From: Octopus sinensis
Lineage: Eukaryota
Direction: 5' to 3'
Length of the DNA: 64,000 bases
Assembly: GCF_006345805.1 (NCBI RefSeq)
Contig: NC_043014.1
Coordinates: forward strand, 29,450,001 to 29,514,000
Shown here: positions 11,951-25,116 of the stretch, one piece after another
How the letters are laid out: every line of letters starts with the position of its first letter
How positions within the stretch are numbered: the stretch's first letter is position 1
The notes under the pieces: generated by a model
Told to the model about the DNA's origin: nothing
The model's database searches: none
The model's input: the letters and a program-made list of their open reading frames with translations, nothing else
Made by a program: the position numbers and the translations under genes

Positions 11951-12431
11951 GTTGACGTATAGTCTCAAGTTGCCCAGTATAGGCAAAAACATGAATACGG
12001 ATATTATTAGGTATCTGCTAACAGTGGAGAGTATTTTCCAAAGCCGGCTTAGAAACTAGATGAAACAGTTATGCATTTCAGAATCTAAAGACAAAAGAGC
12101 GACTATAATATTGATCATTTTAAGTTCAAATTTTGTATGTTTTATATTATTCAGTTAATTTTTGCTATGATTCACAAACACCATTCGAATGCAGTTTAAT
12201 ATTATGATCAGATAAATTCCTCTTGAATATTCTAAAATATTAGATTCTATAAAATGAAACTTTCTCGACAAAATAAAAAGAAGAAAAAAAGAAGAAAAAT
12301 CAATTTGACAAAAAATACAAAATATAAATATGAAAAAAAAAACACCGAGAATTTTCTGGTGGAAAAAATATTTTGTAAAACAAAATACGCTTGCAATTAA
12401 TGTTCTTGCAAAGAAAAAAAAAGACTTTTGC

Positions 12432-12504
<73 letters not shown>

Positions 12505-12506
12505 CA

Positions 12507-12566
<60 letters not shown>

Positions 12567-12583
12567 TATTATTATTATTATCA

Positions 12584-12614
<31 letters not shown>

Positions 12615-12647
12615 TATTACTATTATTATTATTATTATTATTACTAC

Positions 12648-12697
<50 letters not shown>

Positions 12698-12700
12698 TAT
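12432..12700. repeat. (AAT)n-CATCAT-(TAT)n self-complementary microsatellite
   Basis: Strand polarity switches at about 12503-12510. Confidence 0.95.
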
Positions 12701-13344
12701 AGTAATTCTTGTAAATCAATAAAGTAACAAAGAAACAGTCTCTTGCAAATGTAAGATTCTTGCAAAAGAAAAATCTGTTGAAAATAGATTCTTAAAAAAA
12801 AAAAAAAAATGAAAGGCAGGTTTTACAAAATAATCATTTCCGTGGAAGATAATTTATTGCAAAAGAAATCATCAAAATTTATTGCAGTATTAATAGAAAT
12901 GTCGCATGAGGTTAATCTTAAACTTTTTATTGTTTACAATCTTACACATATTTCTATATTCTATAGTTGCAGCATTTTAGATTTCTGCTTAATTTCGTTG
13001 GCCTATTAGAGAAAACAATAATGGTATACAAAAGAAGACAGTCGTAAATATCAATGGAGATTGACAGAGAGTGAGAGACTAATGTAAGCTCTGGAAGAGA
13101 GCAAGAGCAACTGTGACAGACTTTGTGATATATGATGGGCATAATATTGGAGAGGAGTAATCTGAGGTAAAGAGAAATACACCATAGGTGGACATTAAAC
13201 AAGAGATTGATACATAGCCACACTAAACTGGAGAGTGCTACAAGGTAAATAGATATAACTAAATGTAGATAGAAGTATTAAAATCACTTGTAAAGTAAGG
13301 AAAGCTAAATTGTTGGCCGCCATAGTAGACACGTTGCAGAACAG

Positions 13345-13462
13345 GAGTGCAAGAAAAAGGGATGATAGTAATATCTGACAAGTGGGTGCATACAGCATAC
13401 AATATAGCTGCTGTTGCACGCACTTCCATTGGTCGCACTCTCGTGTGCATATCATTGCACTT
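13345..13462. promoter_or_regulatory. Cluster of TGCRCNC (MRE core) motifs with a reverse CCAAT box
   Basis: Perfect cores at 13345-13351(-), 13384-13390(-), 13415-13421(+), 13443-13449(-); near-matches at 13434 and 13456; ATTGG at 13428-13432. Confidence 0.35.
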
Positions 13463-13589
13463 GTCGCAACTATTCCAGCTTTGTAATATTGCGTAAATAG
13501 CCTGAAGCTTTCTACAGCTGCTTTTTCAACAGACGACAGTTTCACTTCCATATCCACTTGCATTCTTGATATTCCTTCACCTCTTTCTC

Positions 13590-13847
13590 TCTCTCTTTCC
13601 CATTCTCTCTCTCTTTCTCTATCCCCCTCTCTCTCTCTTTCTTCCTTCTCCTTCTCTCTCTCCTTCTCTCTCTCTCTTTCTTCTTTTTCATTCTCTCTCT
13701 CTCTTTCTTCTTTCTCATTCTCTCTCTCCTTCTCTCTCTCTCTCTCTCTCTCTTTCTCTAAGTATATCTCACCCACTATATAGATAGGCGGGTAGACAGA
13801 CAGACGATCAGACAGGCAGCAGATAGGCAGCAGACAGAGAGACTGAC

Positions 13848-13942
<95 letters not shown>

Positions 13943-13999
13943 AAAATAGATAGATAGATGGATGGATGGATGGATGGATGGATGGATGGATAGATAGAT

Positions 14000-14096
<97 letters not shown>

Positions 14097-14097
14097 T

Positions 14098-14154
<57 letters not shown>

Positions 14155-14160
14155 CAGACT
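13590..14160. repeat. Compound (CT)n, (GACA)n, (GATA)n, (GGAT)n microsatellites
   Basis: Directly visible. Confidence 0.95.
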
Positions 14161-14419
14161 GATTCCCTTTACTTTTCAGTTGCGCTATTCCTTTCTCGGT
14201 TGCTTTCTCTGTCTGTCAATCTCTGCTTATGTTTCTCCTTTAAAAGGATTCAGACCCTTTGTTATTTTTGCTTTTTCTCACCATGTCCTCCTTCTCATTC
14301 ACTCTCTTTCCTCTTCTCTCTTCCTCTATCTTTTTCTCACACGCACATGCACATACGTGTTACATCTTACATATCTGTTTATCACAATATAGGTAGATTT
14401 TATTTTATATCCTCGCCGA

Positions 14420-14575
14420 TTATGCAAGATGGATTTTAACACACAGCCAATGAAACTTCAATTACAAAGCTTTAGCAAGTCGATGCTGTGACAGACGGCG
14501 CCAACCCAGAGCCACGCGCGGAGGTCAGTGACCTCACAATTTCAAGGGATGAAGAGCATTCCTTAATTACGTATC
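14420..14575. promoter_or_regulatory. Putative cis-regulatory island with a perfect IR1 nuclear-receptor element
   Basis: GAGGTCA-G-TGACCTC at 14521-14535; CCAAT at 14447-14451; TTATGCAA at about 14420; CpG-rich unique sequence. Confidence 0.4.
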
Positions 14576-14779
14576 TGCGCTCTATATCTAAACGTCTCCT
14601 ATCTTTTCAAATATTGATCATTAAATTTCTTTCTGTCTGTCTCTCACTTTCTTTATCACACACACACACACACATACACACACACACACACACATACACA
14701 CACACACGCACACACACACACGCACACACACACACACACACACACAGGGGGTGAAGCGACAGATTGATCGATTGCTTGT

Positions 14780-14810
<31 letters not shown>

Positions 14811-15231
14811 ATTTATTTATTGTTTGACTGATAGGTCGACAAACAGATAATTTAACTTTTAAAAGGAAGAGATTGGCAGCCTTCATCAGAGGGTCTGATA
14901 ATGATGAGCAACCCAAAACTTTGTGATCACTTTTCGTTATGAAAGTAAATAAATATGTACTCTACTAAAAAAAAAAAGTATTCAGCAATCCTTCAGTTTA
15001 ATGTCAAATGGTTTTGAAAGTAGAATGATTTCAAGAGCTACAATTTGGCTGTTGGAGTGAAAATGTTAAGTGTAGGTGTTTTCGGTTGTGGAATGAAATA
15101 TTGGAGACAACATTGTCTAAGTAGGACTAGGTAACCATAACGTGTTGAAAGATTATTGTATTTATACGTCGATGAGAATTTTTTTTCTTTCTTTTTTTAC
15201 TAGAATTAATATAGTTTAATCCACTGTATCC

Positions 15232-15618
15232 TGGGAAGCACTCCGTCGGTTACGACGATGAGGGTTCCGGTTCATCCGAATCAACGGAACAGCCTGCTCG
15301 TGAAATTAACGTGTAAGTGGTTGAGCACTCCACAGACACGTGCACCCTTAACGTAGTTTTCGGGGATATTCAGCGTGACACAGAGAGTGACAAGGCCGGC
15401 CCCTTGAAATACAGGTACAACAGAAACAGGAAGTAAGAGTGAGAGAAAGTTGTGGTGAAAGAGTACAACAGGGACCACCACCATCCCCTGCCAGAGCCTC
15501 GTGGAGCTTTTAGGTGTTTTCGCTCAATAAACACTCACAACGCCCGGTCTGGGAATCGAAACCGCGATCCTATGACCGCGAGTCCGCTGCCCTAACCACT
15601 GGGCCATTGCGCCTCCAC
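15232..15618 (-). mobile_element. tRNA-derived SINE, head K with tail A
   Basis: Near-identical to 10707-11095; flanked by CACTGTATC (one copy left, three tandem copies right). Confidence 0.95.
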
Positions 15619-16194
15619 TCACTGTATCCACTGTATCCACTGTACAAGTCATTTAACGAGCTAAACCAAATCCTATTCTTCCTGTTTGGTTTTGTTTAGT
15701 GTATCGTGGAAGAGAGTTTGCTCCTCGTATACCAGTTTCTCTTTGATTATGTTTTATGCGAGCGCATCATTACGAAAAGAGGTATCCCATATTAAAGTTA
15801 TCCCTATCTGAAGACAACTCAAAGACACCTAATTATTCAAGCTGAGCCATATACAAACGTCCTAATTATGGCTACTGGAGGATTTTGGAGGGTTGTATAG
15901 GGTGCTTTTGGTTGTTGGTTTTTGCATAGTATTGTCGATCTAGCTTGGTATCTAAGAAGATGGCTATCATTATCTTAAATTTATGCTACTTAAATATTTC
16001 AGTTAAATTCTTTCGAAAACAGGCTATGGTTTGGTGTTAATAATGATTTCAAACTTTGGCGGAAGGTCAGCAAATTCGGAATAGGGCATAGGTCTATTAC
16101 ATCGACCCCAGTACTAAACTGGTTCTTATTTTATCAACTCCTAGAATGTGAATGGTAGTTCACTGGTGGTTAATTTATTACCAACCTCCAGCCT

Positions 16195-16425
16195 GTTGTT
16201 AATTTGAGGCCCTAGTCTGTCTATGAGGATAGCTTCCTTAATTCTTAGATTACCTAAATTTCTTTGGCCTCAATTGTGACTGTTATGCCTTTGTCGGTGT
16301 TCCGGCATCTGTCTAGATGTTTTCTGAAGGAGGAGGCTTACGTGTTCAGATGTTTTGTTGTGCTACCCACATAGAACTTGCTGCATTTGTTACTTTCTGT
16401 TCTATACACAACATTTACCCGTTGG
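16195..16425 (-). pseudogene. Penelope-like GIY-YIG endonuclease fragment
   Basis: NVVYRTESNKCSKFYVGSTTKHLNT and NLGNLRIKEAILIDRLGPQINN on the minus strand. Confidence 0.8.
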
Positions 16426-17200
16426 CATAAATCTGTATATATGAGCATGTTTAGATATGCAACTATATGCATGAGAATACATACATAAAACATACATACA
16501 TAAATACATACATACATATATACATACATACAAACAAAAATACCATGGTGTTGATGTTGAAATTTCAATGAAGGAGCCTTGGATCTAGGTTAGAAACCGG
16601 CTCTCTCTATTGGTAAGAAATCTTAAAATAAACTGAATAACGACATACATACATACATACATACATACATACGTACATACATACAAACATACGTACATAC
16701 GTATATATTAGTATATCAGTATACGAATATTTTTCTGTATTCATATATGTGTAAATACACACACATCTATACACATACACACACAATATACGTTCCTATG
16801 TTTTGTGGACTATATTGCAATAAGCCTCTCGTGACATGTGTTCTGTTGCTGTTAGCACATGTCAGGGCACTCTTCAGAGTCATTAAAAATTTAAGAATAT
16901 TTACATGTAACCTTTTATTGCTGTTCGATTGTGTGACCTTGGATACTTTACAAAGAATATGAGGATTTCATTCAACGAGTTCTACACGAAGATGTTACTG
17001 AAGAAGACGATCGAACATTTCTGATGATTGCTGGGATTATCTCATCTCCTTTATGAAACGCCGTGATAATGTAACTTATACGACAATATGATATTGTACT
17101 CTGTTGTTCTTGATATTATAATTATTACTGTTGTCGTTGTTATTTATAATAATAATAACAACAACAACAACAACAACAACAATAATTATTATAATAATAA

Positions 17201-17242
<42 letters not shown>

Positions 17243-17243
<1 letters not shown>

Positions 17244-17796
17244 CTGCCCTGATGCAATATCAGGCAATGGCTCTCATGCCTTCTGATCTTAACTAATTGG
17301 AAGTGTTATCATGTACATTGTTTTGTCTTGATAGAGATGGACTACAGCAAATATTCTGCTCAATACCACAGATTTGCTTGTCAGTTGTTTGACCTTAACC
17401 AGTTGAGCATGTCCCTTAGTGAATGGCAATATATGCATCTTTGATCACAAGCAGAAGTAGTGGGGGAGCATCATAGCCGTGTGTTGAAAGAAATTCTTTG
17501 GGATTTGAATAATTCACCTCTGGAAATATGCGGGTTTCGTTCATCATCCTGAAACAAGCCTTATTCACGGATCTTTTGAGCGGGATGGGCTACTCAACCT
17601 GAAGAAAATCTAACTGGTCCCCATCTGTAAGCTCATATGCTGTTTATCTTAATATAAGATCACCATGTCGCGCACATATGGTTGTGATGCATGTGCCTAG
17701 TGTACCCTTATCAGACGGGTAGTCGTGATGGGCGTATTGGGCTTCGAATAATTATACCCCAGTGTCACTTTGATGGCATGTGCTGCTCTCTCACTC
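17243..17796 (+). mobile_element. Probable non-LTR retroposon remnant embedded in (AAT)n
   Basis: About 550 bp of complex sequence bounded by (AAT)n tracts on both sides; single copy here, class not determinable. Confidence 0.35.
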
Positions 17797-17827
17797 AATA
17801 ATAATAATAATAATAATGATGATGATG

Positions 17828-17863
<36 letters not shown>

Positions 17864-18396
17864 TGATATATGTATGTATATAATATACACATATACATGT
17901 GTGTGTACGTGTGCATGTACGCTTATATAAGTTTGTGTGTTTGTGTGGTGGGGGAGAGTGCATGTGCGTGCGTGTGCGTGCGTATGTGTGCGCGCACGTG
18001 TGTATACATAGATACATACATGCAGAGAGAGACAAACAGAGAGACAGGGACAGATATATTATAATTTAATATATATGCATTTATTAATTGTTCAAGGGTG
18101 GTGCACCAGCATGGCCGCAGCTCTGAGCTGAAACTAGAAAAAGAAGAAAAAAATGCGTGCGCGCTTGAAGGTGTTTATGTATATGGTTATTTCTACTTAT
18201 GTCTGGTGTACGCCGCCATATATCCACTAATTTCTGTGAAAAGTTTACTAACAAGGTATGAGTTTCATCCGATTGAGCTTCCGTGAATTTAAAAACATTT
18301 ACATTCTTATAGACGTTGACATAAGTACATTCGCACACACGATTACACGTGTGTGTGTGTGTGTATGTATTTCTCTCTCTCTTTCTCTCTCTGTCT

Positions 18397-18484
<88 letters not shown>

Positions 18485-18614
18485 CAGGGTGTTCCAAAAA
18501 AATGTATACACACCTTAAATAATTGTAAATTTGTTATTCTTTGTAAGCCTAGTACTTATTCTATCGTTCTCTTTTGCCGAACCACTATGTGTATACATTT
18601 TTTGGGACACCCTG
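18485..18614. mobile_element. 130-bp Tc1/mariner-type MITE whose interior is a SINE fragment
   Basis: About 28-bp TIRs CAGGGTGTYCCAAAAAA(A)TGTATACACA; TA flanks; interior 18534-18586 matches the family O SINE (TTATTCTTTGTAAGCCTAGTACTTATTCTATCG...TTTGCCGAACC). Confidence 0.88.
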
Positions 18615-18822
18615 TATGTATATGAATATATATATAATGTATATGTCTATGTATATATACATATGTATATGTATATGCATATATATGTATATACATATAT
18701 GCATATATGTATATATCTATATATATATATAGGGAGAGATATAGATATAGATATACATAAATATATAAATATGTATGTATAAACATACATACAGAGAAGG
18801 ATATCGGTAGATAGATAGATGG

Positions 18823-18994
<172 letters not shown>

Positions 18995-19533
18995 GACAGA
19001 AAGAGAGAGGGGTGTAGATAGATAAGTATATTTATCTCTCTCTTCCTCTCTGTATATATATATATATATATATACGACCTGAACATGTTATACAAGTGTG
19101 TATTCTGTCTGTGTCTGTGTGTCGGTGACCAACAGACATAGACAAAGAAGAATGATAGATAAGTTCGAAAGAAAGCATTAGTTTATATTTGTAGAAATGA
19201 ATGCATAAGGATGTGTGTGTATGCTTGTGGGGGGGGTGCGTGTTTGTGTGTGTGTGTATGTGTGTGTGCGTGCATGCATACGAGCGTGCGTATATGAGAG
19301 CCGGTTGAAGTCTAAGGGATATAAACATTAACGTTTTTGTTCACTTCATTTAATCACCCAGACAGTAGAAGCGGGTGTACACCAATACATAAATGAGTTT
19401 AGAATGGGCGATTTATTTGCGAAGTAAAAGGTAAAATTTAGCAAGATTTCAAAATGAGTGTTCGTGTATGTTTTATACATGTATGAGGGTTATGTGTTGC
19501 TATCCTGGTGATGTTTTTTTATTAACTCTATAT

Positions 19534-19696
19534 GTGCAGGAGTGGCTGTGTGGTAGTAGCTTGCTAACCAACCACATGGTTCCGGGTTCAGTCCCACTGC
19601 GTGGCACCTTGGGCAAGTGTCTTCTACTATAGCCTCGGGCCGACCAAAGCATTGTGAGTGGATTTGGTAGACGGAAACTGAAAAAAGCCTGTCGTA

Positions 19697-19766
<70 letters not shown>

Positions 19767-20030
19767 GTGTGTGTGTGTGTGTGTGTGTGTGTATGTATAT
19801 GTTTGTGTGTCTGTGTTTGTCCCTCTAGCATTGCTTGACAACCGATGCTGGTGTGTTTACGTCCCCGTCACTTAGCGGTTCGGCAAAAGAGACCGATAGA
19901 ATAAGTACTGGGCTTACAAAGAATAAGTCCCGGGGTCGATTTGCTCGACTAAAGGCGGTGCTCCAGCATGGCCGCAGTCAAATGACTGAAACAAGTAAAA
20001 GAGTAAAAGAGTAAAAGAGAGTAAAGAGTG
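19534..20030 (+). mobile_element. CORE-type SINE family O, full length, with expanded internal (TA)n(TG)n
   Basis: Same head, CORE and tail as 4262; internal microsatellite about 19695-19800. Confidence 0.93.
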
Positions 20031-20148
20031 CCTAATCTAAAAATCCTTTGTAAAAAAAAATCATTCTTTCCATAATTGACTCGTCGCCTTGTTCGAGAAT
20101 TCTGTAACTTAGACGTTGCTCGATATGCCTATCTTCAGGACTCTAGAT

Positions 20149-20851
20149 CAGTGGTTCTCAACCGAGGTCCATATGACCCCTGGGGGTCCATATAAAATTC
20201 AGGTTGGTGGGAGGCACGTAGCAAATTAGTTAATTGGGGATCAACAACAGTATTTTAATGGCCCCTAAAGAAATTTTGCTTTAGATGTAATGGTAGAAAG
20301 GAGCACTCCGTCGGTTGCGACGACGAGGGTCCCAGCTGATACGATCAATGGAACAGCTTGCTCGGGAAATTAACGTGCAAGTGGCTGAGCACTCCACAAA
20401 CACGTGTACCCTTAACGTAGTTCTCGGGGAGATTCAGCGTGACACAAAGTGCGACAAGGCTGGTCCTTTGAAATACAGGTACTACTCATTTTTGCCAGCT
20501 CAGTGGACTGGAGCAACGTGAAATAAAGTGTCTCGCTCAAGGACACAACGCACCGCCGGGAATTGAACTCACGACCTTACGATCATGAGCCGAATGTCCC
20601 TAACCACTAAGCCACGCGCCTTCACTAGATGTATTGGTATGTGTTGCAAGAAACAGCGAGGTTTCTCTCTCTAACATTTTACATAGTTCAACATAGACAA
20701 GTTAATGTGTGAAAAAACAAAGTAGGAATTTTGGAAAAAGTTTTTATATAATTAGTTTTTGAACATGAAATGGTTATGGGGGAGGGTCTGCCAGAATAAA
20801 TTAATTATCAAAGGGCTCCATAAGTAAAAAAAGAAAGGTTGAGAACCACTG
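20149..20851. mobile_element. Non-autonomous hAT (Charlie-like) element
   Basis: Perfect 15-bp TIRs CAGTGGTTCTCAACC / GGTTGAGAACCACTG; 8-bp flanks CTCTAGAT / GTCTAAAG fit the NTCTARAN preference; related copies at about 33945-34216 and 27364-27470. Confidence 0.88.
20296..20625 (-). mobile_element. tRNA-derived SINE with a different head/CORE and tail A, nested in the hAT element
   Basis: 14-bp TSD TAGATGTAWTGGTA at 20282-20295 and 20626-20639; CORE-like GTTGTGTCCTTGAGCGAGACACTTTA; 3' half matches the 10707 tail. Confidence 0.92.
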
Positions 20852-23800
20852 GTCTAAAGTATGAATTTTCAGAGATTAGAGAATTTAGCTGCTATATCTA
20901 GCGAGCTGAATGAGCTCATAGATGCTTCTAGCATTTACATCTGGCGGACTCAATGATGTCTTAACTGAGCCTCAGGATTTTCATTCTGCTAATGCTCTCT
21001 GGCAAAGGCGAGAGCATCGCAACGTCACACTGCTATTCACCCACCGCGCACGCATGTGTGTGTGCTTGTATGTTTGTGTGTGTGTGTACTCTATTACCAG
21101 TTGTATTCTTCCACCGTTTACTTTGTTTTCGGACTCGTTCGTGCCAACATTCCAGGCAGTAATGTCTGCTACTGGCACTGATCAGTACTTCAGAACAATT
21201 AGTTCAACACTATACTGTTACTGTCATTCATTTGACTTCAAGCATATTCTATATTGAAAGAAAAAAAACTATATAAATTATTTTACATTTTGTAATTAAA
21301 ATTATTAAATAATAATCACCCCATCCCACCCTTGCATAGAGTTGGAGAGATAACTGAAATCGTTAGTATTTGCAAACTCACAGGATCTAAAATCATCTTT
21401 CTCACGCCTTCACAACTCCTACATTTGATGATAATAATAGCGTGAGAGATGGGAGATAAGCTCCGAATTTTGCTAATCTACAAAATACAAAACCACAATA
21501 CTCCCACGTTCAGTCCCCCTACCTATGATACCCGTGTAAATTATAATGTTTAGCTAACCAATAATCTCTCAAACCACGAAAAATGACCCAGAATCATTAG
21601 ATGCATAGAAAACACAAGAAAGGAACATAAGATCATAGGAAAGGAATGGGTAGTTCATAAACATATCGCAACATTTCAATACATTAGACTAAACTAGTGA
21701 TATTGGAAAATTGCCAGTGATACCTTCTCCAAGAAGTACATTTAATTAAGTACAGGCTAATTTAATGAAGTGAGAACTTTTATCACTTTTACCCAGTTGA
21801 AATAACAGCTACAACGAGAGGGAGATCACTAACTCACACATAAATCTATAAGTAATAGTTTTTAAATATTTACATGATATTGATTATAGCCTTATGTGTG
21901 TGCTTCGAGAATTCTAAAAAAATTATTATTTCACGTTCTCTCAAATGCTCATAAAGTTCTTATGACGTCAACAAAATCATTAGCTTTAATAGCAATTCTT
22001 ATGAGGTGACTCACAGGATATAAGCCAGAAGGTTTAAATTGGTAGAGTATTTCCATTTAATTTCTAGTCTGGCGAAGATGGTGAAGTATACCCGATTCTA
22101 AAGAATACCCGATCTAACTGGATTTAATTGGCCCCTTCCACACTCCTGAACTTAATGAACCCCCAAAAATATCATTGATGAGGAACTTTCTTCCACTGTC
22201 TAACCTATATCTCTCCGATAACGGAATACTCAACTTACACAGTCCTCGCTCAATACGATGCTCCCATAACTAGGATATCCCAGAAACAACTGTCAGAGAC
22301 TATTTCTTTATTATTTTTTTTACTATTCGTTATGTAGCTAAATTAGATTGAATTAAATTATATTAAATGTCCTTGTCATGTCTTGCCTAGTTGTTTGCCT
22401 TACCTCACTACTTTAATTTAAATATATCTATGGCTTTGTACAATGTGAATAATATTATCCAAAGTAACCACTTGGTAAGAATGGTTTTGTGGGGCGAATG
22501 TAGTCCAGTACTAGTCTGGTATTTCATCGCTCCCAGGAACCATGAAAATTGAAGCCAACCCTTGTAGGTTTTAAATTCACAACACAAAACATGTCAAGTA
22601 GCTAAATGGAGAAATCGTAAAGCAGTGAACTAAATTCCTGCATATTTTGTAATGAAGTATCTTTATGTTCTGATTTCAAATCCTGCCAGGGCTGACTCTG
22701 AGCATTATTGTGCTTCTGGGGATTGATGAAATGAAATACTAGTCGAGTACTAGGGTAGATTAAGTCTACTGAGCCACTCTTCCCAATTTGTGACTTTCGC
22801 TAATATTATTCATGACGATAACACTGCCGCAATACTTTAAATGTAAAAACAAAATATTTTTAGCACCCGTAATTTACAGAGTTCTGATGTTCAATCTATT
22901 CTAGTTAAGCTATGTAAAGTTAAAAATGCTTTTGATGACAAACAACATTGAATAAAAATACGTGACTAGGTTAAAAAACAAGAGAGAAAAAAAGAGAGAA
23001 TTCTCAAAACTTGTCTCTCAGTGTCTGGAATTTGCTCTATTTTAGGTTGAAATGAAATGAAGCTGGAAACGATATCAAATAATGAGAGAGATAAATTCAG
23101 CAGAAATCTATTGAAGATTCTTACTTAATGGACAAATCAACTAGCGTCATATATTCCACATATCTAATGATGCACAGTTACAATATAAACGGTTGGAATA
23201 TCGTTTTGCAAGTGAGGTTATTGAAAGACTGAATATTTCGGCGATTTATCTGAAAATTACAGAAAAAAACAAAAACATTAGACTCAGTAAGGTTTCATCA
23301 AAAGTTATTATTCGTTGTTGGAACAAGGGAATTGCATGCTTGCATAATGTCGAAATGGTTTAAATTGATGGCGATAACTATAGAACAGGAAGTCATGAAA
23401 CGGTATCATCAAACAAAGTCACCGTCAATGATTATACACGGCAGCTTTGAATGAGGCGAAAAAAAATTGAATTGATATACAAAAACGGGAAAATGTAGAT
23501 GCTTAAAATCAACTATATTCAGAAATAAACCTAACGATAGGACCAAATAAGCTTACACTGACCAATGAATAAGCATCCATAATGAAACAGAGAGTGAGCC
23601 ATCACACAATGAAGAAACCTTTACAGGAGTCGATAAGTGACTCTTCACACTAAGAAATAATGAAATACTTATTAAGATGAGTTAGAGATCAGAAACTGAA
23701 TACCGTATCCCATACAAGCCAGTGAGTGAGCTGACTTCTAAGCTAGCCAGAATTAAACCTCCCCACTGACTAATAGTGACGCATTAACAAGAGCCAGAGA

Positions 23801-24122
23801 CCGGAAAGTGGATTTTCTAACTAGCGACTGTTGAAATACTATCTGTATGAATCAAAGAGCAAACCTCCTGCCCCATCTTAGCCAATTATGAAATATCAAC
23901 ATAAGTCAAAAAGGGAATATCAACAATAGCAAATGATGAAGAAGCTACGTGAAATAATAAGTGAACCACCACACCAAACAAACATAAAATATTGGTATTC
24001 GTCTGAGAGTGAAGCACTGCAGGAGATGAAATCAGTGCAAACTTAGTACGCAAATTGCAGTGCAAGTAGCCACATTGAGGGGAGGTCTATTGTACTTGTA
24101 AGAAAAAGTGGTACTACCTTGG

Positions 24123-24345
24123 GTAACGACGATGGGTGTTCCCGTTGATCCGATCAACGGAACAACCTGCTCGTGAAATTAACGTGCAAGTGGCTGAGCA
24201 CTCCACAGACACGTGTACCCTTAACGTAGTTCTCAAGGAGATCCAGTGTGACACAGAGTGTGACGGAGCTGGCTCTTTTAATTACAGGTGTAACTCACTT
24301 TTACCAGCTGAGTGGCCTGGAGCAACGAGAAATAGTGTCCCTGAG
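24123..24345 (-). mobile_element. 5'-truncated SINE of the 20296 type
   Basis: Tail A plus a partial CORE-like segment. Confidence 0.8.
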
Positions 24346-24349
24346 CATA

Positions 24350-25033
24350 TATATAGGACCTGAATGTTCATACAGATCAACTGATTCTGTCCCTGGTCAA
24401 GAACAGGTAATGCGTTATCCAATGGAGTTCCTCAATTCACTTCACTCACCAGGATTTTCACCACACGTTCTGATCATGAAAACAGGTGCTCCCATAATGC
24501 TATTAAGAAACCTTGATGCACCCAGACTCTGCAATGGAACAAGGCCGGTTGTTAAAACAAGCATGCCCCATATGTTGGAAGCAACAATAATTACAGGCAA
24601 CATGATGGGTGAAAATGTCTTTATTCCCAGGATTCCTCTCATCTCAAATGATCTCCCCTTTCAGTTCAAAAGACTGCAGTTTCTTGTCAAACTTAGCTTT
24701 GCAATGTCTATCAACAAAGCACAAGGTTAATCTCTAAAGGTGGTGGAACTTAACCTCCTTCAGCTTTGCTTCTTAATTGGTCAGATGTATGTCGGATGTT
24801 CTAGAGTTGGAAATGAAAAGAACCTCTACATTCACAGTGATAAACATGGGAAGACAGAAAACACAGTATATGAAGAAGCACTTACATGAATAGTAGGTCC
24901 ATGTCATATACAGAAGTGTATACTTCCACTTCTTGACTGACATGCGTTAATGTATATTTGTGTGTAAGAAAGTGAAACAATAACGTAATATATTCGCTGT
25001 CTACTTGCGCGCGCGCGTGTTTGTGTGTGCGTG

Positions 25034-25116
<83 letters not shown>

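Noticed and set aside
13195-13580. Minus-strand 130-aa hydrophobic frame as a gene
   Set aside because: No recognisable family or convincing splice sites; kept only as an alternative explanation for the MRE cluster.
16560-16625. Hammerhead in the CAATGAAGGAGCC...GAAACCGG repeat
   Set aside because: The core CAATGA departs from CTGANGA, and the cleavage triplet and helix I are not convincing in this copy.
16945-17060. Exon EYEDFIQRVLHEDVTEEDDRTFLMIAGIISSPL
   Set aside because: Protein-like, but the acceptor is weak, there is no donor, and nothing links it to other exons.
21080-21260. Candidate exons on both strands
   Set aside because: Several mutually incompatible frames are open; no basis to choose and no recognisable homology.
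23125-23249. Minus-strand exon with strong acceptor and GTAAGA donor
   Set aside because: Stops in all three frames; at most a non-coding exon, and untestable here.
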